Source of the DNA: Eledone cirrhosa
Lineage: Eukaryota
DNA length: 64,000 nt
Assembly: GCA_964016885.1 (NCBI GenBank)
Contig: OZ024748.1
Span: 53,630,001 to 53,694,000, forward strand
Reading direction: 5' to 3'
The translations under genes were made by a program, and so were the position numbers. A model generated the notes under the pieces. The model worked only from the letters and a program-made list of their open reading frames with translations. It ran no database searches and was not told where the DNA came from. Positions 13,961 to 27,092 of this stretch are shown here, piece by piece. Each line of letters starts with the position of its first letter. Within the stretch, counting starts at the first letter, position 1.

Positions 13961-14548
13961 TCAGATTAGCATGGGAGGGGGGTGTTCCGAGGCCATAGTA
14001 TCTAGAATAAGGAAGCGTTGGAAGAAGTTTAGGGAGCTGCTTCCTCTGCTGACAAAGAAGGGTTTCTTCCTACGTATGAAAAGCCAGTTATATGATGCCT
14101 GTGTGCGGAGCGCGATGCTGCATGGTAGTGAGACATGGGCAGCAACTCCAGAAGATATGCGATGGCTGGAGAGAAATGAGACAAGCATGCTCCGTTGGAT
14201 GTGCAATGTTAATGTGCGTGAACAACCCAGCATGGATGTGTTGAGAGAGAAACTGTGTCTGAGAGGGATAGAATGTAGTGTGCAGGAGAGCAGACTGCGG
14301 TGGTATGGACAAGTGATGCGCATGGAGGATGACCGAAGTGCCAGGAAATGCCAGTTGAAGGAAGACGTCGTAGAGGTAGACAACGAAAAACATGGGCAGA
14401 GGTGGTGAGAACAGACCTCAGATCGCTGAAGCTCACGGTGGAGATGGCAAAGGACCGTGACAAGTGGAGAGATGCTGTGCTGAATAAGACCCATCCCACC
14501 CTTGCAAACAGGGAAAAGCAGATGTAAAATGATGATGATGATGATGAT
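13961..14548 (+). mobile_element. 5'-truncated RTE-clade LINE (ORF C-terminus, frameshifted) with (TGA)n tail
   Basis: Peptide motifs RIRKRWKKFRELLPLL, LYDACVRSAMLHGSETW and RLRWYGQVMRM are typical of the RTE C-terminus; homologous to 61990-62603. Confidence 0.9.
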
Positions 14549-15164
14549 ATGTGTGTTAGATTGTTTAATACAACAGAGCACTGGATTTCATGACTATATG
14601 GTGTTTAGTTTTCACCTTATGTATCCTGAGTTCAAATAGCTCTCAGGTGGAAGTGGTAGAGGCATAATTAGGTAAAATAGCACCTATGACAGGCAGTGAA
14701 ATTGCGTCCCTGCTCAGCTCTGTATTTTTACCTATGGGCCTAATAATTTATATAAATGGTTTAATGACCCAGCCAGAGAGACAGAGCATACATCTGAAGG
14801 AGTTTCTTTCTGCACTCCCCGATGAGGCTTATTTGACTTTAATAGAATGTGCTCCTAGTCCAAGTGGTGCTCCAATCATGTGATGCCCATGGCATGTGCC
14901 ATGCTTGCTATACTCTAGTTATGCCTCTAGTTGGTGGCAATGATGATGATCAACAGAGGCCTCTCTATGTGATCAGTTGACATGCTAAAAGTAGTAACCA
15001 AATTACACTCAACCATTTCCTCGCCATATTTCTATTGAAAGAAACTATAATTTTCAAAGAAGTTTGAAAAAAAGAAGAAAAGAAGCAACTTTCTTGTTAT
15101 TCATCTGGTATTTAGACCATAGCATAAAATGGGGATTTGGATTTTCACGTATTTCTCAGACTTA

Positions 15165-15203
15165 AAATATGGGGTCGGCTTATATTTGAGTATATATATG
15201 GTA
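15165..15203. mobile_element. Tc1/mariner-like terminal remnant
   Basis: ggggtcggcttatatttgagtatatatatggta resembles a ...tatacggTA terminal inverted repeat; partner end not seen. Confidence 0.35.
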
Positions 15204-15263
15204 ATTATGATGAAATGTTTTTATATAATTATAAATAAACACTTTAGTTTTGTTGCTTGGTCA

Positions 15264-15897
15264 ACACTGTAAAATGGTTGTGTTGGTGACACGGCACAAA
15301 GCAACTAGTCCACACTGTAAAATGGTTGTGTTGGTGACACGACTCAAAGCAACTAGTCCACACTGTAAAATGGTTGTGTTGGTGACACAACTCAAAGCAA
15401 CTAGTCCACACTGTAAAATGGTTGTGTTGGTGACACGACACAAAGCAACTAGTCCACACTGTAAAGTGGTTGTGTTGGTAATATGACACAAAGCAACTAG
15501 TCCACACTGTAAAATGGTTGTGTTGGTGACACGACACAAAGCAACTAGTCCACACTGTAAAATGGTTGTGTTGGTGACACGACACAAAGCAACTAGTCCA
15601 CACTGTAAAGTGGTTGTGTTGGTGACACAACTCAAAGCAACTAGTCCACACTGTAAAATGGTTGTGTTGGTGACACAACTCAAAGCAACTAGTCCACACT
15701 GTAAAATGGTTGTGTTGGTGACACGACACAAAGCAACTAGTCCACACTGTAAAGTGGTTGTGTTGGTAATATGACACAAAGCAACTAGTCCACACTGTAA
15801 AATGGTTGTGTTGGTGACACGACACAAAGCAACTAGTCCACACTGTAAAGTGGTTGTGTTGGTAATATGACACAAAGCAACCTGTCCACACTGTAAA
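15264..15897. repeat. 48-bp minisatellite (~13 copies) contiguous with an RTE-type 3' tail (15900-16080)
   Basis: Unit cacactgtaaaatggttgtgttggtgacacgacacaaagcaactagtc; continues into gttggcattcggaagggtatccagc...catgctagc...(TGA)n. Confidence 0.9.
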
Positions 15898-16522
15898 TGT
15901 GGTTGGCATTCGGAAGGGTATCCAGCCTTAGAAACCATGTCAGAAACAGTTCTGTATGATCAAGTCAGGGTCATCACACCTGGCTTTTCTCATAATGGGA
16001 CAACTCATCTAACTCATGCTAGCAAGAAAAAATGGACATTAAACGACGACGACAATGATGATGATGATGATGATGATGAACCAGGTGCAATTTCAGGCAG
16101 TTCCATATCAAAAAGATTAAATCATCAAATTAACTCCTACTACCTTGCCAAAAAAACCTCAGACATATTGAAAAATATTGTCTTTTATAGAAAGGAAGGG
16201 TAAATTCCATTACAACTTTGCAAAACTGTCACCACAGATAAATACCTCTCTATCATTCATGGAATGACTAAATGACGTTTATTTTTCATTATTAATGCAT
16301 ACAAGATTTCACAGCTCTAGTCTATGAACTTTTCATCCCACCCTTGTACATCTTTCATAAACCCCTTTATCCATCTTAGAAAGAAAAGGACACATTTGGA
16401 CAATATTGTCCTTGACATACTGTCAAATGGGATGGTTCAGGGTGGATTGTCTTTGAACACAGATTTCCTCAGTCAATCTTCACTTCTGAATAGGTTTATT
16501 AATTCTGTATGTTATGACTTAA

Positions 16523-16960
16523 CCCTTTAGCATTTACATTACTCTATATATACTATTGTATTTTCACAGTAAAGGCTTTACCTCACCTAATATCTCACAT
16601 ACCATTTACATTACTCTATATATACTATTGTATTTTCACAGTAAAGGCTTTACCTCACCTAATATCTCACATACCATTTACATTACTCTATATATACTAT
16701 TGTATTTTCACAGTAAAGGCTTTACCTCACCTAATATCTCACATACCATTTACATTACTCTATATATACTATTGTATTTTTTACTATAAACACTTTATGT
16801 CACATAATTATCTCACATAATATCGAATCTGTAAGATTTTGATATTATTTATTTTGAGAAGAATACCTTAACATCAGTATGAGTGGCAGGTTATGGCCGG
16901 TTTGAAGAGGAAGATGTCAGAGAAATCTGATTGGATACTGTTAGTTTAAATGCTGAAGGG
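16523..16960 (+). mobile_element. piggyBac-like MITE (short family) with an internal 72-bp triplication
   Basis: TTAA-CCCTTTAGCATTTA...TAAATGCTGAAGGG-TTAA. Confidence 0.85.
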
Positions 16961-17200
16961 TTAATGGCTAGAGTGTAGTATCCATGATTATAGGGTTGTG
17001 GGTTGATATCCTAGGCCAGGCAGTGTGACATGTTCTTCAGCATGTGGTTTAATTTCATGTCATATTTCATGACAAGTGGAATCTCTGTGATTAAAAAACA
17101 GACTGGAAAACTCCCATGAGATGCAGCTTCGTAGAAGGCCATCTATATCTACATAGGTGTTAGCTGTAACAACATGAAAGTACTGGGACCCTATCATTAA

Positions 17201-17397
17201 CCCTTTAGCATTTACATTACACTATATTTACTTTTGTATTTTCATGGTAAACACTTTATCTTACATAATATCGAAACTACGAGATTTTGATATCATTTAT
17301 TTTGAGAACAACACCTTAAAATAAGTATGAGCAGCTGGTTATGGCCAGTTTGAACAGAAAGTGATGGGAGAATTCTGGCTGGATATGGCCAGTTTAA
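17201..17397 (+). mobile_element. piggyBac-like MITE, right end truncated
   Basis: TTAA-CCCTTTAGCATTTAC start; body homologous to 24094-24313. Confidence 0.75.
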
Positions 17398-17987
17398 AAT
17401 GAGATGAAACCTTGTAGGTGGGCAGTTAAACTTATATAGGTGTTAGCTGTATGAGAGTACTGGTGTCCTTTCATTAAAACACAACAGAAACTTATAAGAT
17501 GCAACCTTGAGGAAGCCAGTTATGTAGGAACTGTAACAACATGATAGAGCTGGGACCTTATCATTAAACAGTGAAGGATCATTTGATGAAATGAAACTGG
17601 GGGCCATATCATTAAAACACTCCAAGACTATAGGTGGGAGTTGTAGTTTTATTATTTTCTTTTTGTCCAAAATGTACATTTGGACAAATGTGGACAGTAT
17701 GTCCTGTTCTTTAGTATGCCATAGGGCAAACAATATGTTCCTTTGGAGAATATAGTGCTGTTGAATTACCAGATGGATGTGTATCATAGTGTTATTCAGT
17801 TTCCGTTAGTTTCCACTTTGAAAATGTGTTGCGTCTACACATAATTCAATTTAATTTAATTGAAATAGTCAAATATTACAGATCCCTGATTGATATATAA
17901 CACATACGATGAAACACATGTCAGTATTATGCAATAAGTGTTATTTCCACCCTTCTGGATTGTGATGTTTTAAATAATAATTTTGTA

Positions 17988-18024
<37 letters not shown>

Positions 18025-18523
18025 TATATATGAGAGAGAGAGAGAGAGAGAATATAAGAATAGACTGAAATAAAATTATGTCAGTCATATTACACCTTAA
18101 ATAGCTCAAATACTATACAGACTAAAAACTATAATTTGTAGGGATTCATTTTACCCAAATTATATTTAGGTGTAAATATTTACAATGTATTAAAAGTAAG
18201 CATTGCAAGCAAAAATTACATTTGAAAATAAAAATATAATTTCACCTAGAAATTCCTGCTTATACTGCAGCTTCATTCTGGCAAAGAAATAGATATTAAG
18301 ATGATTAATCAATAAACTAGGATGCCAGAAATCATCAGTAAGCAATGTCTTAAAATATACCTTATGGCTTTTACAAGAAACTTCAAGTTTTATACCTTGT
18401 CTTTGTACATGTCTAGACAGCAAAACTATCTCATAGCAAAAGGACACACTAATATTATAAACAAGATTCCACGTGCTTTTAGATTTAAAACAGTAGATCT
18501 AACATCAAAAGCCAGAAGTTATG

Positions 18524-18554
<31 letters not shown>

Positions 18555-18727
18555 TATATATAATATATATATATATATAGAAGGAATTGGTAGTTTACTT
18601 GAAGCATTGTATAGTGAGGTATGAATGTTTGGCGTTAGAAGGACAGAACAATGCAGGTTTGGAGATAGAATATAAATGTAAGAGATAACGCTGACAATTA
18701 GTCTTTTACCTTAATTTATTCATATAT

Positions 18728-18762
18728 CCTGATATTTCGAGATAATATCTCTTCTTCAGAGG
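18728..18762 (-). ncRNA. Minimal type I hammerhead motif
   Basis: Minus strand cct-CTGAAGA-agagata-t-tatctc-GAAA-ta-TC-agg; within a ~290-bp unique island between (TA)n runs. Confidence 0.55.
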
Positions 18763-18874
18763 GAAGTAAAGATGTTAATCCACTTCGAACACTGGATTAA
18801 CCCCTTTACTTACAAAGTTAGCCAAACGTGGAATTGGAAACCAATGTTGAAGATCACTGAACTATTCTACACAT

Positions 18875-18905
<31 letters not shown>

Positions 18906-18990
18906 CACAAATAACTAAATATATATAGAGAGAGAGACACACACACACACATATATATATACACACACACATATATATACACACACACAC

Positions 18991-19038
<48 letters not shown>

Positions 19039-19159
19039 CATCATCACATATATATATATACACAAATAACTAAATATATATAGAGAGAGAGACACACACA
19101 CACACATATATATATATACACACACACATATATATACACACACACACACACATATATAT

Positions 19160-19208
<49 letters not shown>

Positions 19209-19262
19209 CTATATATATATACACATACACACACACAGACACACACACACATATATATATAT

Positions 19263-20290
19263 AAGAGATGTAGCGGGATCTCAGGAAGCTTAATTAAGAA
19301 TGTAGGATTCACATGCAGCAGCTGTGCTGAAACAGCAAGCAAACAGCCACAGGAAACAAGTACCACCAATCTCTGGGAGGGCCCTGTAGAAACAGTAGAC
19401 AGCTTCTGCTACCTAGGTGACCGAATTAGCAACGGAGGTGGGTGCTCAGAAAGTACAATAACTAGGGTAAGAACGGGATGGAAGAAGTTTAGGGAACTAC
19501 TACCACTGCTAGCTGCAAAAGGCTTCTCCCTCAGAATGAAAGGCAGACTGTATGATGCGTGTATCCGAACAGCGATGTTGCATGGTAGTGAGACCTGGGC
19601 GCTGAAGGTGGAAGACTTACGTAGATTAGAGAGAAACGAAGCCTGCATGCTCCGATGGATGTGTAACAGTAATATACGTGAACGACAAAGCATAAATGAA
19701 TTGAGAGAGAGACTGAGCATAAGAGGAATCAAATGCCGCGTGCAGGAGAGGCGGTTACGCTGGTATGGACATGTGATGCGTATGAAGGATGACAGCTGCA
19801 TAAAAAGGTGCAGAGCACTAGAAGTTGATGGAAACCGCGGAGTGGGGAGACCCAAGATGACTTGGGATGAGGTGATAAAAGCCGACCTTACCCAACTACA
19901 CCTCTCAAAGTCAATGACACACGACCGTGACTTCTGGCGTCACGCAGTAATACAGGGTACCCGACCTCCCATGGGTACATGCTGAAGCATATAAACAATA
20001 TGCCCCCCCCCCCACCGCAAGGTGGTCGTGGAGGTGCCACGGCAAAAAAGCACCCAGCCCACACTGTAAAGTGGACGTGTAGGCGCCACGAAAAAGCACC
20101 CAGCACTCACTGTAAATGAGGTTGGTGTTAGGAAGGGCATCCAGCTGTAGAAATCAAGCCAGGTCAGTTCCTGTATGAGCTAGGCATGGACAGCCGACCA
20201 GACACTGCCCACAACAGGACAACCCGTCTAACCCATGCTAGCGTGGAAGAACGGACGTAAAACGGTGATGATGATGATGATGATGATGAT
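19263..20290 (+). mobile_element. 5'-truncated RTE-clade LINE with long 3' UTR and (TGA)n tail
   Basis: KRCSGI...CSSC...FCYLGD...LYDACIRTAMLHGSETW...RRLRWYGHVMRM...GRPKMTW; stop at 19985; 3' UTR with hairpin repeats. Confidence 0.92.
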
Positions 20291-20394
20291 ATATATATAT
20301 ACATATACATATGTAATACACTCAGATACATGTCCATGTGGAATCTCTTGTTAGTTAAATAAGATATCCACCTGGTGTTGTACATCTTTCATCA

Positions 20395-22330
20395 TCCCTA
20401 TCATCATCAGTAACATCACCACCACCAACATCATCAGTAACATCACCACCACCACCATCATCATCAGTAACATCACCACCACCACCATCATCATCAGTAA
20501 CATCACCACCACCAACATCATCAGTAACATCACCACCACCAACATCATCAGTAACATTACCACCATCATCATCAGTAACATCACCCCCCCCCCCCCATCA
20601 TCAGTAACATCACCACCACCACGACCATCAGTAACATCAGCACTACCACCACCACCACCAACATCAGTAATATCACCACCACCACCATCATCATCAATAA
20701 CATCATTGTGTTATTGCAATGAGTTTAGAAGGGTCTCATGTGAAATGAGCCCCTCCTAATGTCATTGGGAAGGCAATGATAGATGATGACATTGATGTCA
20801 GTGGTGGTGGTGGTGGTGGTGACATTGATGTCAGTGGTGGTGGTGGTGGTGGTGGTGGTGGTGACATTGATGTCAGTGGTGGTGGTGGTGGTGGTGGTGG
20901 TGACATTGATGTCAGTGGTGGTGGTGGTGGTGGTGGTGACATTGATGTCAGTGGTGGTGGTGGTGGTGGTGGTGGTGACATTGATGTCAGTGGTGGTGGT
21001 GGTGGTGGTGGTGACATTGATGTCAGTGGTGGTGGTGGTGGTGGTGGTGGTGACATTGATGTCAGTGGTGGTGGTGGTGGTGGTGGTGACATTGATGTCA
21101 GTGGTGGTGGTGGTGGTGATGATGATGATGATGAAGGTGGTGATGGTGACAGTGATGGTGATGACAACGATGGGGACAGTGATGATGGTGGTGGAGATGA
21201 AAATAATAATGAAGACGGTGATGAAGGTGGTGGTGGTGGTGGTGGTGTTAATGATGATGATGACTAATCCCAGTTATCTTAACAGGTGATAGTACTCATC
21301 TAGTTATCACTTCTTTCCTCTCCATCTATCCATTCGTCTATCCTTTATTCCTCCATCCACTTCTATATCCCTCCATCCATCCGTTTGTCCGTCTCTCCAT
21401 CCCTCTATCCTATGTATCACCCAATATTATAAACTCCTACTGTATAAGAAGAGCTGGCCAGCACCACCACCTCCACCACTGTCACTACTGCCACCACCAC
21501 CACCTCCACCACTGTCACTACTGCCACCACCACTACCACCACCACCACTGTCACTACTGCCACCACCACCACCTCCTCCACCACTGTCACTACTGCCACC
21601 ACCACTACCACCATCACCACTGTCACTACTGCCACCACCACCACCACCACCACCACTGTCACTACTGCCACCACCACCACCTCCTCCACCACTGTCACTA
21701 CTGCCACCACCACCACCACTGTCACTACTGCCGCCACCACCACCACCACCACTGTCACTACTGCCACCACCACCACCTCCTCCACCACTGTCACTACTGC
21801 CACCACCACTACCTCCTCCACCACTGTCACTACTGCCACCACCACTACCTCCTCCACCACTGTCACTACTGCCACTACCACCACCACCACTACCACAACC
21901 ACCACCACCACCACCACCACCACTACCGCAACCACCGCCACCACCACCACATCCCCCAGTGACACCTCTACCTCCTCCACTGCCACCACAACCACCGCCA
22001 CCACCACCACCACCCCCAGTGACACCACCACCACCACCACCACTACCACAACCACTGCCACCACCACCACCACCACCACCACCACCACAACCCCCACCAC
22101 CACCACCACTACCACAGCCCCCAGTGACACCACCACCACCACCACCACTACCACAACCACCACCACCACCACCACAACCCCCACCACCACCCCCACCACC
22201 ACCACCACTACCACAGCCCCCAGTGACACCACCACCACCACCACCACTACCACAACCACCACCACCACCACCACCACCACCACCACCACAACCCCCAGTG
22301 ACACCTCTACCTCCTCCACTGCCACCACAA
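20395..22330. repeat. Cluster of CAC/GTG-based minisatellites (catcagtaacatcaccacc; gacattgatgtcagt(ggt)n; cactgtcactactgccaccacc)
   Basis: Direct inspection; three blocks with alternating strand bias. Confidence 0.9.
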
Positions 22331-22816
22331 CACTCCAAGGCAGACAGATTTCAGTCAGCTTTTCTCCCTTCTGCACCACCACACACACTTTTTCTTTACC
22401 TACATCTCAGATGAGTGTATGCAGATGATATGTGCAGCACTTACATACTTACATAGATTCATGCGTATGTATGTATGCACATATCCTTGCATTCTTACAT
22501 TCCGACATGCCTACATGCATACGTGCCAGCCAAATTCTTCATCTAATCAGGCAGTGAGGATGAATAAGAGACAAACTGACAGACAGCCAGACCGATGGAC
22601 AGGGGGACAGTTGGGCGGACAGACAGACGGATGCATGGACAGAGAGACAGACAGACGTACAGCTGGACAAAGGAATAGGCAGATAGATTGCTCTAAAATC
22701 TGTTAGCCAATGGACAGCCTCATAGATTGACCATGTAGCAAACAAACTGATTACCTATAAGGAAATACTTGATCCTCAATCAAGCCTGCCTTGATCTCCA
22801 CAGGGCTGTGTATGTG

Positions 22817-22867
<51 letters not shown>

Positions 22868-22922
22868 ATATATATATACACAATATATTAATAAATGGAA
22901 ACTATATTTATAAAACCATAAT

Positions 22923-22988
22923 TATTTTATTATATATATTTCAAGGGCGACCAAGGTAAATTATGGTGCGCTTTCATCAGATAAAATA
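22923..22988 (-). ncRNA. Type I hammerhead ribozyme (family A, antisense arm)
   Basis: Reverse complement gives tattttat-CTGATGA-aagcgcacca...tggtcgccctt-GAAA-tatata-TA-ataaaata. Confidence 0.8.
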
Positions 22989-23126
22989 CAGATTTGTTTT
23001 CTAAATAAATATTGACATACCCGGAAAAAAGACAAACTCAACGGTTGAAATTCGCTGGATAGTATTTCAACCTTTGAGGTTGTCTTTTTTCCGGGTATGT
23101 CAATATTTATTCATAAAACAAATCTG

Positions 23127-23194
23127 TATTTTATCTGATGAAAGCGCACCATAATTTACCTTGGTCGCCCTTGAAATATATATATAATAAAATA
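23127..23194 (+). ncRNA. Type I hammerhead ribozyme (family A, sense arm)
   Basis: tattttat-CTGATGA(23135)-aagcgcacca-taatttacct-tggtcgccctt-GAAA(23173)-tatatata-TA-ataaaata. Confidence 0.82.
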
Positions 23195-23329
23195 ATTATG
23201 GTTTTATAAATATAGTTTCCATTTATTAATATATTGTATATTTACTCCACTAACTTGTTGAGTGCTTGTAATCAGTTATAAACATTTTTAAGTTTGTTGA
23301 ATCCCAACAAATTAAATATAACCTCTGCA

Positions 23330-23404
<75 letters not shown>

Positions 23405-23477
23405 CTGGTGGTTTAGTTCGGATCTAGTTGTCGAAATGGCAGAGCTCAGCCGTCGGGATCCTAACACTTTTCATATA

Positions 23478-23635
23478 TCATCATCATCATCATCATCATA
23501 CGTCCGCTTTTCCCTGCTTGCAAGGGTGGGACGAGAACTGATTCTGGCTTGATTCCTACAGCTGGTTGCCCTTCCTAACACCAACCTCATTTACAGTGAG
23601 TGCTGGGTGCTTTTTTTCCGTGGCACCTACACGAC
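23478..23635 (-). mobile_element. 3' fragment of SINE family C
   Basis: (CAT)n-cgtccgcttttccctgcttgcaagggtggg... Confidence 0.8.
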
Positions 23636-23649
23636 ATATATATATATAT

Positions 23650-23966
23650 CCATCCTCCCACTCCCACCAACACCATCCTTTCTCTGTAAAGTTATGTTGG
23701 TACCACAACATCTAATGAGGTCATGTAGGTGTCATGGCAAAAAAAAAAACACAGTCCACACTGTAATGTGGCCGTGTAGGTAATACGCTAAAAAGCTCCC
23801 AGTCTACACTGGTTGGTGTTAGGAAGGGCATCCAGCCGTAGAAAACCTGCCAGACAGTCCTATATACGAGCGAGACACGGTCACCCAACCAATCTTGCCT
23901 CAAGTGGGACAATTCCCGTCTAACCCATGCTAGCGTGGAAGATAGACGTTAAACAATGATGATGAT
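23650..23966 (+). mobile_element. RTE LINE 3' UTR fragment
   Basis: Homologous to the reverse complement of 62715-63030; (TGA)n tail. Confidence 0.8.
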
Positions 23967-24093
23967 ATATCAATAAAAAATCCAAGGCCATATTCATTTG
24001 GTTCAGGTTTATTAAAATGCCTTAATATATATTTGTTTAGCTCCTCAGATGGTAAACCTAAAAAATAATGAAATTTCATTAAAAAAACTTTAA

Positions 24094-24313
24094 CCCTTTA
24101 ACATTTACATTACTCTATATTTACTATTGTATTTTCACAGTAAATCTTTACCTCACATTATTATCACACATAATATCAAATCTACGAGATTTTGATGTTA
24201 TTTCTTTTGAGAACAATACCTAAATGTAGGTATGAGCAGCCAGTTACAGCTGGTTTGAACAAAAAGAAGTGAGAGAGTTCTGGCTGGATATGGCTGGTTT
24301 AAATGCTAAAGGG
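24094..24313 (+). mobile_element. piggyBac-like MITE (short family)
   Basis: TTAA-CCCTTTAACATTTA...TAAATGCTAAAGGG-TTAA. Confidence 0.85.
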
Positions 24314-24812
24314 TTAAGTTTGGAAAAGGTTTACTTTTCTTGATACAGACGGCTGGCCAGACATGTGATGTTAATTCCTCAATGGTCAGCCCCTGTATAA
24401 TATATATTATCATTCATTGTTTTTTACGTCTGTCTTTTGATGGTTGTGTGGAATGGACTGGTCCGTTTCAGTACAGCATCTCTCCACATGTCGCAATCCT
24501 ACAACATCTCCACTGTAATTTGAGATCAGCTCTCACCACCTCTGTCCAGGTCTTCTTAGGCCTTCCTCTACTAATATCTATATTCTTTTGTTAACCTGTT
24601 TAGCTTGCTTCGTTTTTTTGGCTTCGGTGGCTGATAGCTTCACAAACACCATTTTCATTTTATCTGGCCTCTATAACATATGTTAATTGCTCTGGTTTTC
24701 TTTTAGTCCATTGAGCGCTTGCTGCATATCTCGAAGATTGCGTCTCATAGATTCGATATTATGTGAGGTAAAGTGTTTACCACAAAAATATAATAGTACA
24801 TATAGAGTAATC

Positions 24813-25200
24813 ATCATCATCATCATCATTTTACGTCCACTTTTCCCTGCTTGCAAGGGTGGGACGGGAACTGATTCTGGCTTGATTTCTACAGCTGGAT
24901 GCCCTTCCTAACACCAACCTCATTTACAGTGAGTGCTGGGGGCTTTTTTGCCGTGGCACCTCCACGTCCACTTTACAGTGTGGGCTCGGTGCTTTTTTGC
25001 CGTGGCACCTCCACGACCACTTTGCAGTGGAATGATAGGGACTCCAGACCCTGTCATCTCATTTCTACAGCTAAGTAAACTGGAGCAATGTGAAATAAAG
25101 TGTCTTGCTCAAGGAAACAACACATCACCAGGTCTGAGAATTGAACTCACAACCTTTTGATTGCAAGGCCAATGCTCTAACCACTAAGCCATGTGTCTCC
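24813..25200 (-). mobile_element. SINE family C with two copies of the internal hairpin unit
   Basis: Reverse complement of the 7330 type; gccgtggcacctccacg occurs twice. Confidence 0.9.
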
Positions 25201-25779
25201 AGTAATGTAAATTCTAATGGGTTAAGGTAACCTCCCATTGTCCAGATCATGGATGGGATCAGTGGCAGATTTTCTATTGGCCCCATATAGGATTCTAAAG
25301 GTAAGCTTAAACAGCTTCCATATTCTTTTCCAGTGGACAATAGCTTTGTATATATGTGTATTCTACAACATATTTCAAATAAATAGATGTTTATTTTTAA
25401 ATATTTGTTCATTTATAACATTATTCTACATTTATGTTAAATTTTGTTTCACATCGCTTTATTAAATTTGAAATTTGTATAAGCCATTGAACAATAATGC
25501 TAAATAAAAGAATACAATTTTTACATCAACTTACATGTTGTTCGTTAAGAACAACATCAACTTACATGTAGTTCATTAAGAACAACATAGAGGTGCTTTG
25601 GAAAAGATGATCTTACAGAGCCAACTAGTTTTATATTAAAACCATATGTTTAAGTTACTATATTAGTAATGAAATAATTAGTAATTTTGGTAAATCCTAC
25701 AAAGTTCTTCATTAATTAATTGAAAGAGTGTATTTCATTAGAAAGATGGCAATGGAAATGTTTACTCAGGGTCAACAAA

Positions 25780-26130
25780 AGACTCTGTGTGGTTGCAAAA
25801 TATGCAAAAAATAGTAACTAAATCTTCAAATCTCATCCAATCATCCTAAAAAAATAAATGACACATTCAACAATACATAGATATAAAGACATGATGGTCA
25901 GAGCTGGAGTGTCTTTCATCATTGGTCTAATTGAACAAGGTTGACTTTGAACCGAATAAAAACTATAACAACAATAGGAAAAACATCCAAACCAAATGGA
26001 GCTTCTACATGACTGTTTGACATACTAGAAGTAGCAACCACATCTGTTCAACATCTTAGGATACTTGGACAATATAAGTGCTGCTAGATATAATAATGGT
26101 AAGGTGGCCATCTCTAATATGACTTCAATC
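25780..26130 (+). repeat. Decayed dispersed repeat with (AAC)n tail, in tandem (also ~14955-15060, 26560-26630, 57020-57800, 58500-58730)
   Basis: Recurring ctagaaatagcagccaaat...ggacacattgga...gatggtca..gctgga...gacctggggctaaacaac motifs; likely SINE or LINE 3' remnants. Confidence 0.45.
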
Positions 26131-26133
26131 ATA

Positions 26134-26470
26134 TGAGGGCCGTCTGATAGGTTCAGAGGCTGACCAAGATACTCTCATGGAATGACCAAATGAGATTTAT
26201 TTTTCAACATAGTCCATGGAAAGAAACAATGTAGTTATCAATAAGAAGAGTTGAAATTAATGCATGCAAGATTTCATAGCTCTAGCATCACTCCTTCATA
26301 AGTTGACCAAGATACTCTCATGGAATGACCAAATGAAGTTTATTTTTCAACATAGTCCCTGGAAAGAAACAATGTAGTTATTAATAAGAAGAGTTGAAAT
26401 TAATGCATGCAAGATTTCACGGCTCTAGCATCATTCCTTCATAGACTATGAATGTTTCATCTTACCCTCA
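26134..26470. mobile_element. Mariner-like MITE with an internal ~140-bp tandem duplication
   Basis: TA-TGAGGG...CCCTCA-TA termini; tgaccaagatactctcatggaatgaccaaatg occurs twice. Confidence 0.7.
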
Positions 26471-26633
26471 TAGATGTGCTTCATTATGACTGACTTGAAG
26501 TCTAAACAACAACAACAACACAAGTGGTTATTTCTTCCTCAAATCAACAATTATAGATTTTGCTGTGTGGTCAACTGCTTGGTTAGAAATAGCAATGAAA
26601 TTTTCCTCAAATCACAACAACTTACTATCTTAA

Positions 26634-26925
26634 CCCTTTAGCTTTTAAACTGGCTGTATCCGGCCAGAATTCTTTCACCCCTTTCTGTTCAATCCAGCTG
26701 TAACCGGCTGCTCATACTAATGTTAAGGTATTGTTCTCAAAATAAATAATATCAAAATCTCATAGATTCGATATTATGTGAGATATTATGTGAGGTAAAG
26801 TCTTTACCATGAAAATACAATAGTATATATAGAGTAATGTAAATGTTATGTGAGATATTATGTGAGGTAAAGCCTTTACTGTGAAAATACAATAGGATAT
26901 ATAGAGTAATTTAAATACAAAAGGG
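26634..26925 (-). mobile_element. piggyBac-like MITE (short family) with internal duplication
   Basis: TTAA-CCC...GGG-TTAA; reverse orientation to 24094. Confidence 0.8.
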
Positions 26926-27092
26926 TTAAAAAGCAAAAACAAAAAGAAAGCCTAGATGAGATGGGATAATGCAATCCTAATGGTACAAATCATTGGATGG
27001 TCACATCTGGAGTGGCTTTGAGCATTGATTGTTAAACTTTTTTGTACTAAACTGCCTATAGTTTGATAGTAAAATACCCCCCCCCCCCCCTT

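Larger units (their letters stand above)
22881..23329 (+). mobile_element. Complete fold-back element family A: ~170-bp inverted repeat with two hammerheads plus ~93-bp tail
   Basis: 22881-23050 is the near-perfect reverse complement of 23065-23236; tail ends acctctgc-(AT)n. Confidence 0.9.

Noticed and set aside
14690-14835. Possible hammerhead from gaaattgcgtc (14697) and ccgatgaggc (14819)
   Set aside because: Non-canonical core and no convincing stems linking the two halves
15264-15897. CRISPR-like regular array (also 63575-64000)
   Set aside because: Units are contiguous with no unique spacers, there are no cas genes, and the context is eukaryotic
20736-22414. Gly-, Pro- and Val-rich ORFs resembling structural proteins
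   Set aside because: Open on both strands and in several frames because of GGT/CAC repeats
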